Assembly (NCBI GenBank): GCA_035717805.1
Contig: DASTIF010000083.1
Span: 4,026-68,025 of the forward strand
Source of the DNA: Sphingomicrobium sp.
Lineage (GTDB): Bacteria > Pseudomonadota > Alphaproteobacteria > Sphingomonadales > Sphingomonadaceae
Reading direction: 5' to 3'
DNA length: 64,000 bases
Shown: positions 49,001 to 56,983 of the stretch, one piece after another
Position numbering within the stretch: position 1 is the first letter of the stretch
Layout: each line of letters opens with the position of its first letter
Program-made: the position numbers and the translations under genes
The notes under the pieces: generated by a model
What the model was told of the DNA's origin: nothing
The model's database searches: none
The model's input: the letters and a program-made list of their open reading frames with translations, nothing else

Positions 49001-49390
49001 ATGCGCGCAGCAATCACCTTCATTGCGTTCGGCCTGCTTCTTGCCGGCTGCAACAACGACCAGCCCGCCCCGCCGACCAAGAAAATCAGCGTCAGGAGCG
49101 ACGAGCAGGAGTGGATGCACAAGGCCAACGCGCTCAACCGGGCGATAGCGCTCAAGCGCGCGATCTACGACAGCGGGCATACGTGCAAGCGGCTCGACCG
49201 GTCGGGCTTCATCGGGACCTACAAGAATCTCGACGTCTGGATGGCGAGCTGCTCCGACAAGCGCGACTGGGCGATCTATGTCGGAAGCGATGGCAGCGCG
49301 CAGGTGCGCGACTGCAAAAACGCCGCGGAGCTCGACCTTCCGCTATGCGAGATCAAGAGCGAGGAAGCGTCGGGCGGGACGGTCGGCTGA
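49001..49390 (+). CDS. Hypothetical lipoprotein
   Basis: Lipobox LAGC and four further Cys. GGGAG RBS. Confidence 0.75.
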   Translation: MRAAITFIAFGLLLAGCNNDQPAPPTKKISVRSDEQEWMHKANALNRAIALKRAIYDSGHTCKRLDRSGFIGTYKNLDVWMASCSDKRDWAIYVGSDGSAQVRDCKNAAELDLPLCEIKSEEASGGTVG

Positions 49391-49690
49391 TCAGCTTCCG
49401 CCGGATCCGCAATTGTGGGTTTCCTTGTACACTCCGGCGGCGGACATTTCCTTGACCGTGGTGCACTTCCCCTGGCGGATTTCCTCGCGCCAGCTGCCGT
49501 CGGCATTGGTCACGCGCTTGCCCTTCGGCACGCGCTTGCCGTCCTTGATTTCCCAGTTCCAGCCCTTTGGCGTCGGCTGCTTCTGAGCGGTGGACTGAGC
49601 GGCGGCCACTCCGGCAAAGCCGAAGCCGGCGATCGCGCCCGCTGCCACATAGATCCAAAGCTTCTTCATCTGCACACGACTCCTTAGCAT
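49391..49690 (-). CDS. Small secreted basic hypothetical protein
   Basis: Signal peptide and two Cys. Start may be later (MKKLW), after AAGGAG. Confidence 0.65.
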   Translation of the reverse strand: MLRSRVQMKKLWIYVAAGAIAGFGFAGVAAAQSTAQKQPTPKGWNWEIKDGKRVPKGKRVTNADGSWREEIRQGKCTTVKEMSAAGVYKETHNCGSGGS

Positions 49691-49711
49691 CGGCGTATAG
49701 CCGAAACGAGG

Positions 49712-49736
49712 TGAACCGTCAGTGAAGCGGGCTGAA
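49712..49736. promoter_or_regulatory. TGAA direct repeats (TGA-N8-TGA, CenR-like)
   Basis: TGAAccgtcagTGAAgcgggcTGAA upstream of the 49391-49690 gene. Confidence 0.4.
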
Positions 49737-49835
49737 AGATTCCAGCGGCGAATCGAGCCGCTAGAAGCCGGCTTTTGACGCGCCCCGTCACCTCACCTAG
49801 AGCCGCGCGGACCGCAGCAAACAGGAAGCGAAGAA

Positions 49836-51125
49836 GTGGCTAATGTCACGGTCATCGGCGCCCAGTGGGGCGACGAAGGCAAGGGCAAGATCGTCGACTG
49901 GCTGGCGAGCCGGGCGGACATGGTCGTCCGCTTCCAGGGCGGGCATAACGCCGGCCACACGCTCGTCGTCGAGGGCGAGACGTACAAGCTCTCGCTTCTC
50001 CCCAGCGGGATCGTCACCGGCACTCCGTCGGTCATCGGCAATGGAGTCGTCCTCGATCCCTGGGCGCTCAAATCGGAAGTCGAGCGAATCCGCGAGCAGG
50101 GGGTGAAGGTCACGCCCGAGCTGCTGATGGTCGCCGAGACCTGCCCGCTCATCCTCCCCATCCATCGCGACCTCGACGCGCTTCGCGAGGACGCCAGCGG
50201 CGCCGGCAAGATCGGCACGACCCGCCGCGGGATCGGCCCGGCCTATGAGGACAAGGTCGGCCGGCGCGCGATCCGCCTCTGCGATCTCGCCCATCTCGAC
50301 GATCTGAAGCCGATGCTCGACCGTTTGTGCGCGCACCATGACGCGCTTCGCGCCGGCTTCCGCGAGCCGCCGGTCGACCGCAAGCGGCTGCGCAAGGATC
50401 TCGCCGAAATCGCCGACTTCGTTCTGCCCTTCGCCCGCCCCGTCTGGCGCGACCTCGACAAAGCCAACAAGCGCGGCAAGCGCATCCTCTTCGAAGGCGC
50501 GCAGGGCGTGCTTCTCGATGTCGACCACGGCACCTATCCGTTCGTCACCTCGTCCAACACGGTCGCGGGCACGATCGCCGCCGGAAGCGGCACCGGCCCC
50601 CACGCAGCCGGGTTCGTGCTGGGCATAACCAAGGCCTACACGACCCGGGTCGGCTCCGGCCCGTTTCCCACCGAGCAGGACAATGAAGTCGGCCATGAGC
50701 TCGGCACGCGCGGCCGGGAATTCGGGACCGTGACCGGCCGCCAGCGGCGCTGCGGCTGGTTCGACGCGGTGCTGGTGCGGCAAGCGGTCGCGGTTGGCGG
50801 GATCACCGGAATCGCCCTGACCAAGCTCGACATTCTCGACACGCTCGAGACGGTGAAGGTCTGCACCGGCTACACGCTCGACGGGAAGAAGCTCGACTAT
50901 CTCCCGCCGCACCCCGCCGACCAGGCGCGGGTCGAACCGGTCTATGAAGAGATCAAGGGCTGGGCCGCTTCCACCCAGGGCGCGCGAAGCTGGGCCGACC
51001 TCCCGGCGCGGGCGATCAAATATGTCCGCCGCATCGAGGAGCTGATCCGCTGCCCGGTCGCGCTGGTCTCCACCAGCCCCGAGCGAGACGACACGATTTT
51101 GGTCAGGGACCCCTTCGCCGGCTGA
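49836..51125 (+). CDS. purA: Adenylosuccinate synthase
   Basis: [39 protein letters not shown] and TRVGSGPF motifs. Confidence 0.99.
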   Translation: MANVTVIGAQWGDEGKGKIVDWLASRADMVVRFQGGHNAGHTLVVEGETYKLSLLPSGIVTGTPSVIGNGVVLDPWALKSEVERIREQGVKVTPELLMVAETCPLILPIHRDLDALREDASGAGKIGTTRRGIGPAYEDKVGRRAIRLCDLAHLDDLKPMLDRLCAHHDALRAGFREPPVDRKRLRKDLAEIADFVLPFARPVWRDLDKANKRGKRILFEGAQGVLLDVDHGTYPFVTSSNTVAGTIAAGSGTGPHAAGFVLGITKAYTTRVGSGPFPTEQDNEVGHELGTRGREFGTVTGRQRRCGWFDAVLVRQAVAVGGITGIALTKLDILDTLETVKVCTGYTLDGKKLDYLPPHPADQARVEPVYEEIKGWAASTQGARSWADLPARAIKYVRRIEELIRCPVALVSTSPERDDTILVRDPFAG

Positions 51126-51140
51126 CAGAACATAGAGGGT

Positions 51141-51277
51141 TCGCGCGGAGACGCGGAGACGCGGAGACGTTGGTGAAGCGACGGCGGCAGCGGTAATCGA
51201 GAACGACAGCCGCGCCAGAAACACTTCAGATGTGAGCTGCCGCCTGTCCTACGCAGCCTCTCCGCGTCTCCGCGTGA
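51141..51277. repeat. REPIN/MITE-like element with ACGCGGAG-octamer inverted arms
   Basis: TCGCGCGGAGACGCGGAGA (51141-51159) and TCTCCGCGTCTCCGCGTGA (51259-51277) are an 18/19 inverted match. The left arm has tandem ACGCGGAG units. Confidence 0.75.
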
Positions 51278-51285
51278 GTTGGAAA

Positions 51286-51561
51286 TCAGTGTCGCACCTC
51301 GAAGCGATTGAAATTTTCTTCGACAGTTTCGCTGACCTGCACATCCTCGACCGTTGCCGACGGAGGGCCCTGGTGAAGGCGCTCGATCACGGCGTTCACG
51401 GGCGCCTCATCGCCTTCGAGGTGCGCCTCGACGGAGCCGTCCGGGGCGTTGCGGACCCAGCCGTTCACGCCCAGCTCGCGCGCCTGCTGCTCGGCCCAGG
51501 CCCGGAAGAACACGCCCTGGACCCGGCCTGTCACCCGAACCCGGCGGGCGATGTCAGCCAT
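51286..51561 (-). CDS. acyP: Acylphosphatase
   Basis: VTGRVQGVFFR, GWVRN..DGSVE and GPP.A.V motifs. Confidence 0.95.
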   Translation of the reverse strand: MADIARRVRVTGRVQGVFFRAWAEQQARELGVNGWVRNAPDGSVEAHLEGDEAPVNAVIERLHQGPPSATVEDVQVSETVEENFNRFEVRH

Positions 51562-52309
51562 TGAGCGAGGACAAGGCCGCCCGCGCCGCTTCTTCCAGCT
51601 GCTTCATCAGCGCCCGGTGCGCAAACGGGCCGTAGCTGATGCGCGCCACGCCAGCGTTCGCCCAGTCGCGGTTGGCGGGCGCTCCGGGAAAGGCGATCAG
51701 ATTCAACGGCAGCGGCACGTCGCGGACCACGCGCTCGACCTGGCGCGGATCGGCGAGGCGCGGAACGAAAAAGCCGCTCGCGCCTGAATCCGCGAAAGCC
51801 CGGCCGCGCTCTATCGCTTCGTCGATCAAGGCCGAGTCATGCTCCTGCGTCTTCAGCAACAGGTCGGTTCGCGCGTTGATGAAGAAATCGGGCCCGACCG
51901 CCTTGCGGATCGCCTCGATCCGGCGGCACTGAAGGTCGAGCGGATGCAGCCCCTCGCCGCCGATCACCTGGTCCTCGAAATTGCAGCCGACCGCGCCGGT
52001 CGCCTTGAGCTTCGCGACATTGGCGCCGGTTTCGTCCGGATCGACCGCATAGGCGCTCTCGAAATCGACGGTCACCGCAAGCTCGACCGCCTCGACCACC
52101 CGCCGCGCATTCTCGAGAACGAAGTCGAGCGGCACCTTCTGGCCGTCGCCGAAGCCCGAGGCATCGCCGACCGGGTGGCTTCCTGTCGCAATCGCTTTCG
52201 CGCCCGCGACCGCGACCGCCCTCGCGCTTCCCGCATCCCACACATTGTAGAGAATGAGGGGGTCGCCGGGGACGTGAAGCGAGGTGAACGTCTCGAACTT
52301 CGGGCCCAC
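51554..52309 (-). CDS. Isocitrate lyase/PEP mutase family protein
   Basis: NVWDAGSA, VDFE..Y, GCNFED, FINARTD and RISYG motifs. Confidence 0.9.
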   Translation of the reverse strand: MGPKFETFTSLHVPGDPLILYNVWDAGSARAVAVAGAKAIATGSHPVGDASGFGDGQKVPLDFVLENARRVVEAVELAVTVDFESAYAVDPDETGANVAKLKATGAVGCNFEDQVIGGEGLHPLDLQCRRIEAIRKAVGPDFFINARTDLLLKTQEHDSALIDEAIERGRAFADSGASGFFVPRLADPRQVERVVRDVPLPLNLIAFPGAPANRDWANAGVARISYGPFAHRALMKQLEEAARAALSSLNG

Positions 52310-52319
52310 CGGCGCCTCC

Positions 52320-53999
52320 TCAGATATGCTCGGGATAGATCGGGCGGATGTCGACCGGGATATGGGTCATGGTGCCGATCACCGACTGCGCCTCGGGATC
52401 GATCACGCCCCATTTGTCGAGGAACGCCTTGGTCCCGGCGTAATCGCCATTGCCCTGGCGGCGGACGATTTCCCCGACCAATGCGCCGATCGCCGAGTCG
52501 ATCTTGTCCTCGTCGACCCGGAAGCGCTTCGCATCGGCGTCCCAGACGATCCCGCCCTTGTCGCGAAGATAGCGATATTGCATCGCCGCGCCCTTGCCGT
52601 GCGCTTCGTTGGTCCCGAACCGCATCGCCCGGAACAGGCCGGCGACATAGGTGGCTCGGATTTGCGGCGCCTCGGCGGCAGGAAGAATCCCTCGCTTCAT
52701 CATGTAGAGGATGTTCCAGGCGCCCATGACGTCGGCCTTGGCCTCTTCGAAGCCCGAGCCGATGTCCTTGAGCTCCTTGTCGACCGTCGTCTTGCGGCCG
52801 TCCACGATGATGCTTCCCGGCCCGAGGCTGTGCGACAGCTCATGGAACAGGGTTTCGTTGAACATATAGGCCTTGGTCACGTCCTTCGCCTGGTCGGCGA
52901 CCAGCACCAGGCCGGCCATGGGTTTGAGGATCATGTCGTATTTCGCGCCCAGCACGTTTTGAAGGATGACCTTCTTCGCGCCTTTTGCCTCGCGCACCCG
53001 CTCGTCGTTGGGCAGATTGAAGGCGATGGTCTGAACGCCCGGCACATTGTCGCCGCCGCCGTGGACCTGGTCCACGACGCTGATCGGCGATTCGAACCCG
53101 CGCTGGAAATTCTTGTATTTGTCATCGACGGGAAGATTGCCCTCCATGTCGCGCAGAAGCGCCTTGTACTTGTCGAGCTTCGCCGATTCCTCGGGGTTGC
53201 GTAGCGTGACGAACGCCTCGAACGCAGTCTTCCGGCCGTAGAGACCGTCGGTGTAGGTCTCGTACGGCCCGATCGCGATCTCGATCGGCGTGCCTTTCAA
53301 GTCCATCCAGGCGAGCTCGGATTCATAATAATCGTCTGTCAGAAAGGCTCTCGCGCGCAGCGAAAGGAATTTCTTGAGGCTCGCGTTGCTCGTCCTGGCG
53401 GCGGCCTGCTCAAGCAGCTTCGCCGCCGGCTCGAGCCACTGTCTATACGCTTGGCTGTAGGGAATCGCGACCAACTTGTCGCCCTGCCGCCGGACCACCG
53501 TATAGGGGTCGGTCAGCGCGTCTTTCTGGTCGGGATGCGCCTTGAGATAGGCCTCGAACGATTCCTTGGTCAGGTCGGTCGGGTAAAAGCCGGCCCCAGG
53601 CGCCGGCGGCCGGTCGCCGAAGAAAGCCGTGTCGTCGTCGAGTGGGTCCCAAGGCCCGAAGAAAGCGTCGAACTTCTTCAGCAGCCTGGGATCGTTTTGT
53701 GCCGCGACCTTGGCCCGAAGCTCGTTGTAATTGGCGGTGTGCTGGCGCTTGTAGATTTCCGTCATCAGGTTCGCCGCCTCGATGAGCAGATTGACGACGT
53801 CGCGCTCCTCGGCGGTCAAATAGCTTGTGTCGGGGGTCATCGGGACTTCGGCGAGCTTCGCCAGCCCGTCGGTCTCGGCGCCTTCGGCCGGAGCGGCGCC
53901 GTTGGTCGCGGCGCCCTGGTTGTTGCTGGTCTCGACCCCGCAGGCGTCAAGGGTCAGCGCGACGGCGGATACGGCTCCAAGCCAGGCATATGTCCTCAT
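52320..53999 (-). CDS. Peptidase M49 (dipeptidyl peptidase III, HExxH type), probable lipoprotein
   Basis: IGPYE.Y.D, AFNLPNDE.VR..KG.K, FHELSH, EEAKAD and EAHG motifs. Confidence 0.85.
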   Translation of the reverse strand: MRTYAWLGAVSAVALTLDACGVETSNNQGAATNGAAPAEGAETDGLAKLAEVPMTPDTSYLTAEERDVVNLLIEAANLMTEIYKRQHTANYNELRAKVAAQNDPRLLKKFDAFFGPWDPLDDDTAFFGDRPPAPGAGFYPTDLTKESFEAYLKAHPDQKDALTDPYTVVRRQGDKLVAIPYSQAYRQWLEPAAKLLEQAAARTSNASLKKFLSLRARAFLTDDYYESELAWMDLKGTPIEIAIGPYETYTDGLYGRKTAFEAFVTLRNPEESAKLDKYKALLRDMEGNLPVDDKYKNFQRGFESPISVVDQVHGGGDNVPGVQTIAFNLPNDERVREAKGAKKVILQNVLGAKYDMILKPMAGLVLVADQAKDVTKAYMFNETLFHELSHSLGPGSIIVDGRKTTVDKELKDIGSGFEEAKADVMGAWNILYMMKRGILPAAEAPQIRATYVAGLFRAMRFGTNEAHGKGAAMQYRYLRDKGGIVWDADAKRFRVDEDKIDSAIGALVGEIVRRQGNGDYAGTKAFLDKWGVIDPEAQSVIGTMTHIPVDIRPIYPEHI

Positions 54000-54046
54000 T
54001 CCCGCTCCCTAGCAGCAGCGCGCGGGCCCGGGCAATTGCGGCCGTT

Positions 54047-54071
54047 GCAACCGAGCCGGAGCAGCGGCGTT
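54047..54071 (+). promoter_or_regulatory. EcfG-type promoter
   Basis: GCAAC-N16-CGTT, 25 nt upstream of the ATG at 54097. Confidence 0.55.
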
Positions 54072-54096
54072 AAGTCGTCACAAAAGGGGAAAGATT

Positions 54097-54570
54097 ATGC
54101 GGCGTGTAACGCTTGTGACGGCTGCTGCGATGCTCCTGCTCTCCGCCTGCAAGACCGGGGTCGGCGATGCGGTCGAAAGCGCCGGCGACACTGTCGCCGA
54201 CGGCGCTGGCGACCTTGCCGACGGGGCAGTGTCGCTGGTCAATGTCGACCTGAGCAATGTGCTCAACGACCTCGCCCTCGACCTGAAGATCGACAAGTCC
54301 AACATTCCGATCAACGCGCAGATCCCGATCACTCTGGCGGCTAATGTCTGCGGCGTCTCGATCAACATCCTGTCGGTCTCGACGGGCGCTCCGGCGACCT
54401 GCACGGCGACCAGCACGTCTCCGGAGCTGACCCAGATCGTTCAGCAGCAAATGGCCGCGGATGGCTCGGTCGGAGGCGGCTCGCAAACTTCGACTCCGAC
54501 GACCGGCGACGCCGGCACGCAGACCCAGACCGACACGCAAACGCAAACCCAGACACAGACGCCGCAATAG
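54097..54570 (+). CDS. Hypothetical lipoprotein A with a chaplin-like motif and TQ-repeat tail
   Basis: Lipobox LSAC. QIPITLAANVCG...C motif. C-terminal TQTQTDTQTQTQTQ. Confidence 0.8.
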   Translation: MRRVTLVTAAAMLLLSACKTGVGDAVESAGDTVADGAGDLADGAVSLVNVDLSNVLNDLALDLKIDKSNIPINAQIPITLAANVCGVSINILSVSTGAPATCTATSTSPELTQIVQQQMAADGSVGGGSQTSTPTTGDAGTQTQTDTQTQTQTQTPQ

Positions 54571-54596
54571 GCGCTCAACACTGAAGGAGAGATCGC

Positions 54597-55031
54597 TTGG
54601 CCAGTTCAGCGTTAAGGATAGTCGCGATCGTCGCAGCTCTGGCGGCGGCATCGGCCTGCAAGACGGAGAGCGCGGGAAGCACGGCCGTCACCAGCGAAGG
54701 GACCGACGGCGGGACGACCGACGGCGGCACCAGCGGCGGCGGCACCGGAACCAGCATCCCCGCGCTGGTCAGCGTCAACCTCCAGAACGTGCTCAACGAT
54801 CTCTCGGTCTCGCTTCAGGTCGACCGCAACAGCATTCCGGTCACGGCCCAGGTCCCGATTGACGTCGCCGCAAACGTTTGCGGAGTCTCGGTCGATGCCC
54901 TGGCGGCGTCGATCGCCAGCGGCCAGGCCGGCTGCACCGCGACGACCACCAGCCCCCAGCTGAATCAGGTAGTTCAGCAGCAGATTTCGACGGGCGGCGA
55001 CGTCGGCGGCGGCGACCAGACGACGGGCTGA
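54597..55031 (+). CDS. Hypothetical lipoprotein B, paralog of A
   Basis: TTG start after GAAGGAG. ASAC lipobox-like site. QVPIDVAANVCG...C motif. Confidence 0.8.
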   Translation: MASSALRIVAIVAALAAASACKTESAGSTAVTSEGTDGGTTDGGTSGGGTGTSIPALVSVNLQNVLNDLSVSLQVDRNSIPVTAQVPIDVAANVCGVSVDALAASIASGQAGCTATTTSPQLNQVVQQQISTGGDVGGGDQTTG

Positions 55032-55097
55032 CCACAATGTAATGCAATCCGGCGGCGGGTCTGCATATTGCCGGTACGCTCGTCGGTCTGGCTGGGC

Positions 55098-56069
55098 CTA
55101 TTCGTCCGTTTTATTGCCAATAAGGACAGGCTCAGGCTTCGGTTCCGCGGGGGGCTGCCCTTGCTGCAACTCCGCTTCAAGCGCTTTCTTTTTGTCGAGC
55201 GCCGCCTTTTGCCGCTCGAGTCCAGCGACCTGTGCTTCGATCGTCTCCGCGTCGGTGACTTCCTTTGGCTTGTTGAGGCCACTTGCCGTCGACTGGAATC
55301 GCTCGACGACCTCCCCGATTGTCTCCGGGTCCGACCCGGCCTCCAGCGCGACGTTCAGCAGATCGTCCATCCCCGCATAGGAGCAGAGTTGAGCGTAGGC
55401 ATTTATGGCCGCATTTGCCTCCGCGTAGGAGCCGGGAGGGCTGGTCTTGAACGAATCGCGCATGCTGCCTTGTGCCGTCTTCACGAGATCGAGCATTTTT
55501 CCCAAGTCGGGCTCGACGACGAAGGCAGCGTCGTAATTGCGGAAAATGCCATCGGCGAGGCCGAACAAGGCGCCGGCGCCGCCCGTCAAGATTGACCCCG
55601 CCTTCGCAAGCCCCAGGGCGACGCTGCTTGCGGTCCCGAGGTCGTTTGTGGTCGACCTTCCGAACTGGCGAATTTGCTTGCGCTGCGCGATCCGGCGGAA
55701 ATAATCGTCGCAATAAAGATCAGCGAGACCGAGGCCGGCGCCCAGGTGGGCCTTGAAGTCGGCCGCGCTGGCGCCCACCCGGAATCGGATGCACCCTAGC
55801 CGCGCGGCGGCCGCAAGATCAGATTCGCTGGATTGCTTCAAACGGCGAAAGCTCTCCGTCTCGACATTCTGTAGGCTCGGCAAGGCGTTTATTATGCAAT
55901 CAGTGTCTTTCACATAGGCGCGCTGCAGCTCGTTGAGGAATGCAAGCGATTCAATGCCCAGGGCGGCCTGGTCGCCACCCATCGTCGGCCTGAATTGAAG
56001 CGGATTATTCGTACTGCAGGCGGACAGCACAGCAGCCGCGGCGCACGCCGCAATTACCGATCTCGACAT
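55098..56069 (-). CDS. Hypothetical lipoprotein with a Gly-rich hydrophobic hairpin and coiled coil
   Basis: GGGGAG RBS and lipobox LSAC. YCDDYF motif. Visibly more AT-rich codons than the flanking genes. Confidence 0.7.
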   Translation of the reverse strand: MSRSVIAACAAAAVLSACSTNNPLQFRPTMGGDQAALGIESLAFLNELQRAYVKDTDCIINALPSLQNVETESFRRLKQSSESDLAAAARLGCIRFRVGASAADFKAHLGAGLGLADLYCDDYFRRIAQRKQIRQFGRSTTNDLGTASSVALGLAKAGSILTGGAGALFGLADGIFRNYDAAFVVEPDLGKMLDLVKTAQGSMRDSFKTSPPGSYAEANAAINAYAQLCSYAGMDDLLNVALEAGSDPETIGEVVERFQSTASGLNKPKEVTDAETIEAQVAGLERQKAALDKKKALEAELQQGQPPAEPKPEPVLIGNKTDE

Positions 56070-56179
56070 GATACTCGACTCCCCTGTTGCGGGACGCGCC
56101 GAGCTCACGCCTCTGTCGAATGCGTATCGCGCAGGCAGGCCGCCTGCAAGCGATTCATTTTTCCTTTAAGAGTCTGAAA

Positions 56180-56983
56180 TCAGTGGACGAACCGCGCGAC
56201 GACGTCGCGGTAAGACCGGCTGACTTTCACCTGCGCGCCTGAATCGAGCACCAGGAAGCATTCGCCGTTGGTGTGCGGCTTGACCTGGCGGACAAGGTCG
56301 AGATTGACGATGGTCGAGCGGTGGACTCGCTGGAACCGGCGCGGGTCGAGGCGCTTTTCCAGATCCTTCATCGTCTCGCGAAGGATGAGCGTGTTGTCGC
56401 CAGTCTGGATGCACATGTAATCGCCGGCCGCGTCGATCCTCTCGATCGTGTCGACATCGACCCGGAAAATCTGGCCCTGGTCCTTGATGTTGATCATCTT
56501 CTCGAACCGGTTGGCGGCGGGGCCTTCGCTGTTTCCTTCGGCAAGCTCCTCGGCCGCTTCGGGCGCATGCTCCACCAAGGCCTCTTTGAGCCGCTCGGCT
56601 TCCTCGGCGCTTCTCTTCTCGGTCAGGCGCTGGCGCACCCGGTCGAGCGTCGCGGCCAGCCGGTCCTCGTCGACCGGCTTGACGAGATAATCGACCGCCT
56701 GCGCCTCGAAGGCGCGAACCGCATGGTCGCTGAACGCGGTGACGAAGACGAACAAGGGAGGCTCGACTTCCATCATCCCCTGGATCACCGAGAAACCGTC
56801 GAAGCCCGGCATCTGGATGTCGAGGAAGACCAGGTCGGGCTTGTAGGTCTTGATCGCCCGTATCGCCTCGCGGCCGTTGGAGGCGGTGGCGACGACTTCG
56901 ACATCGTCATGCGCCTCCAGCCGGAGCTGAAGCCCCTGGGTGGCCAGCGGTTCGTCGTCGACCAGGATGGTCCGGATCGTCAT
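56180..56983 (-). CDS. LytTR family response regulator
   Basis: VDDEPLA, FLDIQMPG.DG, FVTAF, DYLVKP and FQRVHRS.IVN motifs. Confidence 0.95.
   Translation of the reverse strand: MTIRTILVDDEPLATQGLQLRLEAHDDVEVVATASNGREAIRAIKTYKPDLVFLDIQMPGFDGFSVIQGMMEVEPPLFVFVTAFSDHAVRAFEAQAVDYLVKPVDEDRLAATLDRVRQRLTEKRSAEEAERLKEALVEHAPEAAEELAEGNSEGPAANRFEKMINIKDQGQIFRVDVDTIERIDAAGDYMCIQTGDNTLILRETMKDLEKRLDPRRFQRVHRSTIVNLDLVRQVKPHTNGECFLVLDSGAQVKVSRSYRDVVARFVH

Noticed and set aside
54516-54567. Short-period repeat as a CRISPR array or VNTR
   Set aside because: It is a degenerate 6-nt coding repeat for Thr-Gln, with no spacers and no cas genes.
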